Source: Candidatus Pelearchaeum maunauluense (GTDB taxonomy: Archaea; Thermoproteota; Nitrososphaeria_A; Caldarchaeales; Caldarchaeaceae). From it: 21,665 nt of DNA. Position 1 is the first letter of the stretch, and each line of letters starts with the position of its first letter. Positions 1 through 7,818 of this stretch are shown in pieces. The DNA is taken from assembly GCA_030059675.1 (NCBI GenBank), contig JANVYQ010000016.1, positions 1-21,665 of the forward strand, in the 5' to 3' direction. The position numbers and the translations under genes were made by a program. The notes below the pieces were generated by a model. It did no database searches. It was not told where the DNA came from and saw only the letters and a program-made list of their open reading frames with translations.

Positions 1-30
1 AACAAAAAATATTATGTAAAAATGTAAAGG
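1..30 (-). terminator. Possible T-rich archaeal terminator downstream of the LAGLIDADG unit
   Basis: The minus strand reads CCTTTACATTTTTACATAATATTTTTTGTT shortly after the AACTCCC end. Confidence 0.35.
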
Positions 31-61
31 GAGGAGGGAGTTGAGTTGGCCGGGCTAAGTT

Positions 62-1102
62 TTAATAATCCTTTTTCTTCTTAATGTTTCTTCCTATTGC
101 TACTCTTAGTTTCTGACATACGCGCCTCCAATCATTGCTGCTTCTTATCACATCAACGTAGCTTTGGATTGTTCTTATGGAAAGTTCAATCAGATATCGT
201 TTCCTGCTTATTGGTGTTCCCACCACCTCTAAGAATCTCTGGTAATCCTCGGGATGAATTAATATCTCGTATACATCTTTCTTTGTATGCATCCACATCT
301 TCTTTTGCGAATTCCAACGTCTTTCACCTTCCTTGGCAATCAACGATGATGGGCTAGCCCGTATTTTTAATTCTTTCAGTAAAGACTCAATGTATGTCAA
401 AAGCTGTTTATTCGAGTTGACAAAGCTTGGAAATAATGCTATTCCATCTCCGTCGAAGAATCCTTTGAGGAGTACGAGTTTGACTTGTTTGTCTGCATTT
501 ATGTATGTTTTCCATTGGTTATATTTTAGTATGTGATAGAGTTCTGCTGTTTGGGCTCTGACTTGTAGTCTGCCATCGGTGAGCTGGTTTATCGCGGGTT
601 TGAGGCCTATCTTGGCTAAGGCTTGTGCGAATGTCTGGGCGTATTCTGTGTCTTTGACGCGTAGTTCTATGTCTGCCTGTTCGGAGTGTTTGGAGAATCT
701 TCCGTCAGATAATATTGTTCCGACGACATAGCCGAACCAGTATCCGTCTTTCTTAACTTGAATGACCTTCCCATTCGGCTTGTGTTTCGCTCTTACCGAG
801 AGGCTTATGATGGATTTGCCTAGCCACTCGTTGAACTCGGCTAGAATAGACCTTTGAATCTCCTTGTAGCTTTTTCCTTCTTTACGTAGCCCCAGAGTTC
901 TTTCGTATATTTTCTGCCTGAGCAGTAGTGGTCTAATGCTTCTTGTTTTTACATTTTTCAGCGTATATATCTGTCTTAGCCGGTAGTCCGACATCATTCT
1001 GGGAATATCTGAGCCGTATCGATACTGTGGTCTCGGCTTAGTCTCTCTCCTATATGATAGTGTCTTTCCTCTTAGCTTTGGTATATTTCTCTGAGTTTTC
1101 AT
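62..1102 (-). CDS. LAGLIDADG homing-endonuclease family protein (two motifs) with N-terminal basic region and HTH-like domain, ~346 aa
   Basis: Motifs YVVGTILSDG and LLKGFFDGDG. HTH-like segment YERTLGLRKEGKSYKEIQRSILAEFNEWLGKSIIS. Start moved from 1294 to the ATG at 1102 (MKTQ), which has GAGGA just upstream; the 1103-1294 extension overlaps RNA hairpins. Confidence 0.85.
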   Translation of the reverse strand: MKTQRNIPKLRGKTLSYRRETKPRPQYRYGSDIPRMMSDYRLRQIYTLKNVKTRSIRPLLLRQKIYERTLGLRKEGKSYKEIQRSILAEFNEWLGKSIISLSVRAKHKPNGKVIQVKKDGYWFGYVVGTILSDGRFSKHSEQADIELRVKDTEYAQTFAQALAKIGLKPAINQLTDGRLQVRAQTAELYHILKYNQWKTYINADKQVKLVLLKGFFDGDGIALFPSFVNSNKQLLTYIESLLKELKIRASPSSLIAKEGERRWNSQKKMWMHTKKDVYEILIHPEDYQRFLEVVGTPISRKRYLIELSIRTIQSYVDVIRSSNDWRRVCQKLRVAIGRNIKKKKDY

Positions 1103-1750
1103 TTTATCCTCTTCTTCGTTGCCCCTTAGGCCTCGACCTCGCAGGAGCGAAGGCTCCCAAAAATTGCAAGGCCTACAAGCCCTTCTTTTACCGCCATCCG
1201 GGGCTTGATGGCGGTCCCGCGTGGACAGGGCCTTCATACTCCCCCATGACAGAATGTTGGGGGAGGCGCCTGCTAGGCCGCGAAGCCCCGCCATGCGGAA
1301 CCACCATCATGGTCTGTTACGTCAGCTATATCCAAAGGCATTAGGCGGAATTATCTGAAAATCGACTAGCCGTCAACAGGGTGTCAATAGCGATCTTTTT
1401 CATCACTTGTCCGGGTTCTCCTCTCTGCGTCTTCTCCGGGAATCTCCTTATGCTCGCCTCGTTCACCACGTGCTCCAGGCATTATTAGCCCTCCACCGCA
1501 CGCTCCGGGAGCAAGCATAAGAGCTATCCGTTCACCGAAGACGCAGGAGGATATCAGCCCTCATATAGGAGATGCGTATGAGATATTGGCTCCAGATTAG
1601 CGCAGCCATTATGGGAGCCTTTCACCACCAGACTCCGGGAAAATCCCTTCACCGCCAAGCTCCGGGCACCCTAAGGCTCACCAACACCAACACTCTCACA
1701 CGGAGAGCACCCATCGGGCAGGCCTCCGAGAGGCTCAGGCTAAAACTCCC
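1103..1750 (-). ncRNA. Large structured RNA (leader of the endonuclease ORF) with multiple kink-turns; family not recognised
   Basis: Long nested stems (1419-1434/1537-1551, 1444-1457/1511-1523, 1578-1590/1686-1699) are interrupted by repeated GGU-GAA / (C)GGA asymmetric loops. G-U pairs and the K-turn motifs work on the minus strand. No convincing protein-coding frame. Confidence 0.7.
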
Positions 1751-3016
1751 AACAGGGCCGCCTCCCTCCTTGTATACGTCGCAGTAGGGGCTGGCATAAC
1801 CAGCTACCTCACATGGTCTTATCTAGGCCTTCCAGACTTTGCTCTAGAGCGCGCTGTAACTGTGATGGTAATAGCATGTCCGCATGCTCTTGGACTAGCC
1901 ATACCGCTGGTAGTAGCAATATCAACTTCTATGACTGCTAAGCGTGGAATATTGATAAGGGATAGACGGGCATTCGAGTCGGCTAAAGATGTTAATGCCG
2001 TGGTCTTTGATAAGACGGGAACGCTGACCGAGGGGAAATTCGGGGTAACGTCTGTTGTTTCCTACATACCTGAAGAGAAACTGCTCATGCTAACCGCTAG
2101 TGTGGAGAAGAATTCAGAACACATAATAGCACGCGCCATCGTAGAATATGCTGCTAGCAAGGGAATAAGACCAACAAGCCTAGCTGAGTTTAAAGCAATA
2201 CCTGGAAAGGGAGTATACGCCCGCGTGGATGGGCGCGAAGTATATGTTGGTGGACCAGCTCTTCTTGAAGAGCTTAATATAGAGATTAATGATGAAGAGG
2301 TGCTTAAACTCCAGAGTCAAGGAAAAACTGTAGTCTTCTCCATAGTGGATGGGAAGCTGGCAGGCGCTATAGCGCTGTCTGACATAATACGCAGCGAGTC
2401 GTATGAAGCCGTTAAGAAGCTCAGGGAGATGGGTGTTAGGACGTACATACTGACTGGAGATGCTGAGGAGGTTGCCAGATGGGCTGCTAAGGAGCTTGGG
2501 GTAGATGAGTATTTTGCGCAGGTTCTACCGCATGAGAAGGCTGAGAAGGTACAGCTCTTAAAGAAGCAGGGATTCACAGTGGCGATGGTTGGAGATGGAA
2601 TAAATGACGCTCCAGCTCTGGTTAACGCTGACGTTGGAATAGCGATAGGCGCAGGCACGGATGTGGCTATAGAGAGCGCCGATATAATACTCGTCAAGAA
2701 CGACCCTAGAGACGTGCCCGTTGTTATAGAGCTTTCGCGGAAAACCTATTCCAAGATGTATCAAAACCTCTCGTGGGCTGGCGGATATAATATATTCGCC
2801 ATACCCCCAGCAGCAGGAATACTGGCCACATACGGCCTTGTTCTAAGCCCAGCGATAGGCGCCCTCTTCATGTCTCTCAGCACGGTAATAGTCGCGATTA
2901 ACAGCCAGACATTAAGGAAGTATATGCCAAAAGCGGAGGAAATCACGATAACGACGGAGGAAGAGAAGAAAGTTGAGGAAGTTCCAGCCCATGCGCATCA
3001 TCACTATAACCACTAA
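1751..3016 (+). pseudogene. copB: 5'-truncated CopB-type (P1B-3) copper-translocating P-type ATPase
   Basis: CPH, DKTGT, GDGINDAP, YN and MSLST motifs, plus a His-rich tail. The frame reads as CopB upstream of the called start (NRAASLLVYVAVGAGITSYLTWSYLGLPDFALERAVT, from 1751). The actuator domain (TGES), N-terminal helices and metal-binding domain are absent. Confidence 0.85.
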
Positions 3017-3022
3017 ACCTTT

Positions 3023-4057
3023 CTATGACCAGCGCCCTGCGTTACCTTCTATTACACGCATGGCATTTCTATAAGCTATGTTCTCAACATCAGCTTCCTT
3101 CATCCCCCTGCTGAGAAGCTCGCTCCAGAGATTACCTATCTTCGTTATATCCTCAAGATTGTACGGCTCGGGTATGTTGATTAGCCCGAAATAATCAGTG
3201 CCCAACGCGATTATGTCGCCGCCAAACCTTTCATAGACATACATCACGTGGTCGGCTAGTGATTTGTGGTCGTAGTTTCTACCTATGGTTGGTGTTATGA
3301 ATGTTATTCCGACAACTCCCTTGTTCTTCTTTACTGCCTCAAGCACCTCATCATCCACGTTTCTGGCGTGGCTATAGATGGACTGTATGTTGGCGTGGCT
3401 CACTATGGCGGGGAGTCTTGATAACTCAAGCGCTTCTATCGTTGTCCTCTTGCTTGCATGAGCCAAATCAATTATAACACCCAGCTCATTACACAGCTTA
3501 ACCAACTCTTCCCCATCTCCAGTTAGTCCATAGTCTTTCTTTGACATGCATGAAGCGGCGAACTTATTGTCAAAGTTCCATGTGAGCTGGAGAGACCTTA
3601 CACCGAGGTTGTAGAAGAGTTCTATGTCCTCTATGTCTTCTAGTGGTTCTGCTCCCTCTATAGCTATTAACAGCCCTATACCTTCACCACGCATAACGTT
3701 TTGAACATCTCCCATCGTCTTAACGTGTTTAAGATGTTCTTTGTGCATTTTTAGGAGATTTAGATAGGTCTTGATATGCTCTAACGTCATTAGGGTTGCT
3801 GCGCGTGTTCGTAGTGCGCCGAGCTGGGCTTTATATCCCCGCGTCTGCTGCTGCAACCTATACTCGTTCAGCGTGTTCACAAGCGGCGCTATTGATGCAA
3901 ACACCAGCTTTACGTTAGCCCTCCTATACTTCGGTATATCACCGTGCCGTTTCTCTAGGTCTTCTTCAAAGCTGGCTAGCGGAAACTTGAATGCATAGCC
4001 GCCAGAGACGTAGTAGAGTGAGATATCTTCATGCAAGTCGATTATAGGAGGATTCAA
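3023..4057 (-). CDS. Membrane dipeptidase family (peptidase M19, amidohydrolase fold)
   Basis: [24 protein letters not shown]...[23 protein letters not shown] and ALGTDY motifs. Confidence 0.9.
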   Translation of the reverse strand: MNPPIIDLHEDISLYYVSGGYAFKFPLASFEEDLEKRHGDIPKYRRANVKLVFASIAPLVNTLNEYRLQQQTRGYKAQLGALRTRAATLMTLEHIKTYLNLLKMHKEHLKHVKTMGDVQNVMRGEGIGLLIAIEGAEPLEDIEDIELFYNLGVRSLQLTWNFDNKFAASCMSKKDYGLTGDGEELVKLCNELGVIIDLAHASKRTTIEALELSRLPAIVSHANIQSIYSHARNVDDEVLEAVKKNKGVVGITFITPTIGRNYDHKSLADHVMYVYERFGGDIIALGTDYFGLINIPEPYNLEDITKIGNLWSELLSRGMKEADVENIAYRNAMRVIEGNAGRWS

Positions 4058-4074
4058 AACACATTACCCGTTTT

Positions 4075-4281
4075 TCATGCTACAGCGTGTATTAATATAT
4101 GGTTGGGATGTAGTGTTTGGCGTTTAGATGCAGGAAGGTACATCAGGAAGAGCCGACCCATGGTGCTCTTTCCAGAGCCTGGCCTCCCTAGAACGACTAC
4201 CCAGGAGCCTTTAGGTATTCCCCCGCCTAGTATGCGGTTTAGGCCGTCTATCCCCGTTGATAGTCTCTCCATGCGCAACAT
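4075..4281 (-). pseudogene. N-terminal fragment of a KaiC/RAD55-like RecA-superfamily ATPase
   Basis: ERLSTGIDGLNRILGGGIPKGSWVVVLGRPGSGKST (Walker A); similarity then stops and there is no Walker B. Only 68 aa. Confidence 0.8.
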
Positions 4282-4311
4282 AGCAGGTGGAGATAGTGTT
4301 GATAAGTCTTT

Positions 4312-4704
4312 CTAGTCTGTAAGCTCTATCAACACTCCGTTGGCTGATTTGGGGTGTATGAAGTTGTAGCGATAGCCGCGTGGGCTTGTCCTAGCCTGCG
4401 GGAACACGAGCTCAAGCCCTCGCTCCTGAACATGCCTCAACCGTTGATTCAGGTCTGTAATCCTGAATGATATGTGGTGTATCCCCTCGCCGCGTCGTTG
4501 AATAAACCTAGCAACAACAGAATCTTCCACCGTCGGCTCCATTAGCTCTATATTCACACCACCAGCGTTTATCACCGCGATTTTTATCCCCTCATCAGGA
4601 ACTTGCAGAGTCTCTGAAAGCTTTAGGCCAAGTATATCCGTATAAAGCTGGGCTGCTTTAGGGATGCTGCGCACAGCGATGGCTACATGCTCCAACCCAT
4701 GCAT
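4312..4704 (-). CDS. mce: Methylmalonyl-CoA epimerase (VOC family)
   Basis: HVAIAV, IELMEP, RRGEGIHHI and FIHPKSANGVLIEL signature. Confidence 0.88.
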   Translation of the reverse strand: MHGLEHVAIAVRSIPKAAQLYTDILGLKLSETLQVPDEGIKIAVINAGGVNIELMEPTVEDSVVARFIQRRGEGIHHISFRITDLNQRLRHVQERGLELVFPQARTSPRGYRYNFIHPKSANGVLIELTD

Positions 4705-4749
4705 AATGTTAGCTACTTTATGCTATTCATAAATCCTATGCCTGCTGGC

Positions 4750-6708
4750 TTAACGCTGCTTTACCTGTATACCGCTCCACGTTCTCTTTATCTCTTCAAG
4801 GCTTTCTGGGTTCTCCAGCGCTGAGACATCACCCAGCTCGCCGCCTAGTATGGCTGTCCTAACAAGCCTGCGCATAATCTTTCCAGACCTGGTTCTAGGT
4901 AGGTTGCTCACGACCACCACGCGGCTGGGAGCAAAAGCCTTGCCCAATCTCTTGCTAACATGCTCTATTACATCCCGCTCAAAGCTCTCACCAACCTGAG
5001 CATGTTGTTTTAGTGTAACGAAGCATACTATCTCCTCCCCCTTCACCTGGCTAGGCACCCCAATACACGCCGACTCGGCTATTGATGGATAGCTGTTGAG
5101 GACGGACTCTATCTCGGCAGGCCCTATCCTCTTCCCAGCTACTTTTATCGTGTCATCTGCGCGGCCATGTAGGTACCAGTGTCCGTCCTCATCTATTGAT
5201 GCCCAGTCCCCATGATACCACACTCCTGGAAATCGTGTCCAGTATGTTTCTATGTAGCGCTGGGGGTCTCGCCAGAATCCACGTGTCATGGAGGGTGCTG
5301 GTTTCTTACATACTAGGTAGCCCACCTCGCCGCGGACTGGCCTGCCCAGCTCGTCAAAGACATCCACATCCATACCCAGGCCTGGGCCCCAGAGTGTTGA
5401 GGGCTTGAGCTCAACGACTGGAGAGGGTAGGAGGAAGCAGCCGAACAGCTCCGTGCCGCCAGTGAGGTTTATGATGGGGCAGCGCTCGTCCCCGACGACC
5501 TTCATGAGCCACATCCAGGAGTCTGGGTCTATCGGCTCGCCAGTATTGCCCATAACGCGGAGACAAGAGAGGTCATGCCCCTTGACGAGCTCATCACCAT
5601 AACGCTTGAGCATCCTAACAACGGTAGCGGATAGACCCAAGTGGGTTATGTTGTGCCCTTCTATTAAGCGCCATAATCTATCTGGCTCTGGATAGTCTAT
5701 CGCGCCTTCAAAGATTAGGTGCGTAGCCCCGCGCTGCTGCGCTCCTATAATCTGCCACGGCCCCATCATCCAGCCAATATCTGTTACCCACATCAGTATA
5801 TCGCCCATCTTGAGGTCTAGGTTTAGGTGAATTTCCTTAGAGGGTTGGAGGAGTGCTCCCACGTGGGAGATGACCGCTCCCTTGGGCTTTCCAGTCGTTC
5901 CAGAGGTGTATAGTAGGAGCGCTGGGTCGTTTGAGCCTACTGGTGTTGTCTCGCAGCGTGATGACTGGCCGCGTATGGCGTCGTGAAAGTAAATCTCACG
6001 CTCCTCGTCTAGGGTTGTTTCTTCATCGCTGAAGCGCTGGACTACCACGTTAAGGGGCTGGACGCCAGCCATCTTCTCAGCCTCGTCTAGGCTGGGCTTT
6101 GCCGAAATACGCGCACCCCGCCTAAGATAGGAATCAACAGTAACAACGACCTTAGGCTGTGAGTCGGCTAGACGGGTAGCTACAGCTTGTGGTGCGAAGC
6201 CTGAGAATATGGGTGTGAAGACCGCGCCTAGCTTGAGCGTTGCGAGCATGGTTATTATCGTTTCGGGGAGCATGGGTATGTATGAGGCAACCACATCACC
6301 GCGCGAGACGCCTACATTCTTCAGGAAGTTGGCGAACTGATTAACAAGACGGCTCAACTGCCCATAAGTATATTGGCGTATGGAGCCGTCTTCGCCAGCC
6401 CAGATAAAAGCGAGGTTATTTCTGCGCGGAGAAGGGGCATGAACATCAAGTATGTTATGAACCACATTCACCTCGCCGCCGATGAACCAGTCAGCCCACT
6501 CAACGCCGCGTGAGGTGTCAAGAACCCTCTCATACTCCCTAAACCACTCTACGCCCAGCTCCTCCGTTATTACACGCCAAAACCACACTATATCGCTGGT
6601 TGAACGCTTAACAAGCTCCCTATAATCTGAGGCGCCAACCTTCTCCATAAACGCCTTAACATTACTATTATCCACAAGCTCGCGCGAGGGTCGCCAGATA
6701 TACGTCAT
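4750..6708 (-). CDS. AMP-forming acetyl/acyl-CoA synthetase
   Basis: YTSGTTGKPKG, DIGWMMG, GRADDTIKVAGKRIGPAEIE and LPRTRSGKIMRR motifs; 652 aa. Confidence 0.93.
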   Translation of the reverse strand: MTYIWRPSRELVDNSNVKAFMEKVGASDYRELVKRSTSDIVWFWRVITEELGVEWFREYERVLDTSRGVEWADWFIGGEVNVVHNILDVHAPSPRRNNLAFIWAGEDGSIRQYTYGQLSRLVNQFANFLKNVGVSRGDVVASYIPMLPETIITMLATLKLGAVFTPIFSGFAPQAVATRLADSQPKVVVTVDSYLRRGARISAKPSLDEAEKMAGVQPLNVVVQRFSDEETTLDEEREIYFHDAIRGQSSRCETTPVGSNDPALLLYTSGTTGKPKGAVISHVGALLQPSKEIHLNLDLKMGDILMWVTDIGWMMGPWQIIGAQQRGATHLIFEGAIDYPEPDRLWRLIEGHNITHLGLSATVVRMLKRYGDELVKGHDLSCLRVMGNTGEPIDPDSWMWLMKVVGDERCPIINLTGGTELFGCFLLPSPVVELKPSTLWGPGLGMDVDVFDELGRPVRGEVGYLVCKKPAPSMTRGFWRDPQRYIETYWTRFPGVWYHGDWASIDEDGHWYLHGRADDTIKVAGKRIGPAEIESVLNSYPSIAESACIGVPSQVKGEEIVCFVTLKQHAQVGESFERDVIEHVSKRLGKAFAPSRVVVVSNLPRTRSGKIMRRLVRTAILGGELGDVSALENPESLEEIKRTWSGIQVKQR

Positions 6709-6772
6709 ACATCCTCAAACCCTATACAAGCAAGGATAGGGATATATTCTTTTACGCAGTCCTGGGAGTTAG

Positions 6773-7783
6773 TCATGATACTATCTTCCAAAGCTCGTCG
6801 GTTACTGGCTCCTTTATGCGTTTTGTCTCGCCATTCTCTATTATGTTCATTCCTTCGTTCCGCTTAACCACCTCGCCTATTACTGTGAGCTTGAGCTTCC
6901 TTAGTAGTTTGCTGTTTTTACGCGGTATTGTTGCGAGTAGCACGCCTGAGCTTATGAGCCTTAGCGGGTCTATATTGAGCGCGCGGCATATCTCGTGTGT
7001 CGTTTTTGTTATTGGTATTCTCCTGCTATGGACTTTGAAGCCGCATCCCGAGGCGTCGGCCATCTCGTATAGGCCGCCCAGCACGCCGCCCTCCGTTGGG
7101 TCGTGCATGGAGCTGGCAGCTCCCGCTCGTGCTAGGCTTAACGCCTCCCTGACCACGCTTATAGCGCTGTAGTATCTACGCGCCTCTGTTATCGCTTTGT
7201 TGCTGACACCGCGTTTCCTGAGTAGGGAGGCGTAGTCTGTGGCTAGTATTGCTGAGCCCTCAAGACCCGCCCATTTGGTCATAACTATCCAATCTCCTGG
7301 CCTGGCTCCTGAGGTGGTTATTATGCGCTGGGCTACTAGCTGGCCTGCCATGCTGCCCACAACTAGGGGGGCATCTATGTAGGGAGCTATCTCGGAGTGG
7401 CCTGTGACAACAGCTATTCCAAGCCTCTTGGCGGCCTTATCTATCTGGCCAGCTATCCTCCTGAAGTCTTTTACCGTGCTGTTCTTCGGTAGAAGTATGC
7501 ACGGCGCGAACCATGTCGGCCTAGCCCCGCATACAGCCACGTCATTTGCGTTTATGTGCACAGATAGCCATCCTATTAGGTTCTTGGAGCCTGTTATTGG
7601 GTCGGTCGCGATGACCACCACTCCCCTGCGTGTCTTTACAGCTCCAGCGTCCTCGCCGTAGCGTGGTCTCAGGATTACATCTGCGCGCCTGCTACCTAGA
7701 TATGGTAGGACAGAATGGGTGAGGGCTTGCTTACTCAGCTTCCCTACGGGAAGCCTATTGACAGTGCGGCGCATAATTCTCAT
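6773..7783 (-). CDS. AIR synthase-related (PurM/HypE/ThiL superfamily) protein
   Basis: GEDAG, TDPITG, NANDVA, GHSE, MHDPTEGG and DPLRLISSG motifs. The true start may be slightly downstream (LPVGKL). Confidence 0.88.
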   Translation of the reverse strand: MRIMRRTVNRLPVGKLSKQALTHSVLPYLGSRRADVILRPRYGEDAGAVKTRRGVVVIATDPITGSKNLIGWLSVHINANDVAVCGARPTWFAPCILLPKNSTVKDFRRIAGQIDKAAKRLGIAVVTGHSEIAPYIDAPLVVGSMAGQLVAQRIITTSGARPGDWIVMTKWAGLEGSAILATDYASLLRKRGVSNKAITEARRYYSAISVVREALSLARAGAASSMHDPTEGGVLGGLYEMADASGCGFKVHSRRIPITKTTHEICRALNIDPLRLISSGVLLATIPRKNSKLLRKLKLTVIGEVVKRNEGMNIIENGETKRIKEPVTDELWKIVS

Positions 7784-7818
7784 ACTAAAAGAGAAACATC
7801 CATTAGATATAGCTCAAT

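Larger units (their letters stand above)
36..1750 (-). mobile_element. Putative selfish/mobile element: structured RNA plus LAGLIDADG endonuclease, with complementary termini
   Basis: GGGAGTT at 36-42 and AACTCCC at 1744-1750 form a perfect 7-bp inverted pair with imperfect extension. CopB-like reading (NRAASLL...) starts at 1751. The interval holds a homing-endonuclease-family ORF and a structured non-coding segment. Confidence 0.55.

Noticed and set aside
1011-1034. GAGCCGTATCGATACTGTGGTCTC, resembling group II intron domain V
   Set aside because: It is too short, lacks the GNRA-capped upper stem and AC bulge, lies antisense inside the ORF, and has no domain VI or GUGYG start at the element boundary.
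1103-1294. 64-aa N-terminal extension of the LAGLIDADG ORF in the ORF track
   Set aside because: It overlaps GC-rich RNA hairpins, and the ATG at 1102 has a GAGGA ribosome-binding-like site.
1322-1375. Group I intron P7-like pairing GGCUA/UAGCU with GAUAUAG
   Set aside because: The G-binding pair would be G-U instead of the invariant G-C, and I could not place the other core elements.
1434-1682. Recurrent CTCCGG / TTCACC words read as a CRISPR-like or tandem repeat array
   Set aside because: The words are only 6-7 nt and irregularly spaced; they are better explained as opposing strands of kink-turns. No cas genes are present.
1103-1750. RNase P RNA, SRP RNA or rRNA as the identity of the structured segment
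   Set aside because: K-turns and AGAAGGGCUU recall RNase P, but I found no GAGGAA-type CR-I or ACAGAAA CR-II, no SRP helix-8 motif and no universal rRNA sequence. An Rfam scan is still needed.
1572-1787. Small + strand ORFs over the non-coding segment (also 1054-1344, 97-357, 333-536)
   Set aside because: No recognisable motifs; they overlap or are antisense to the structured RNA or the endonuclease gene.
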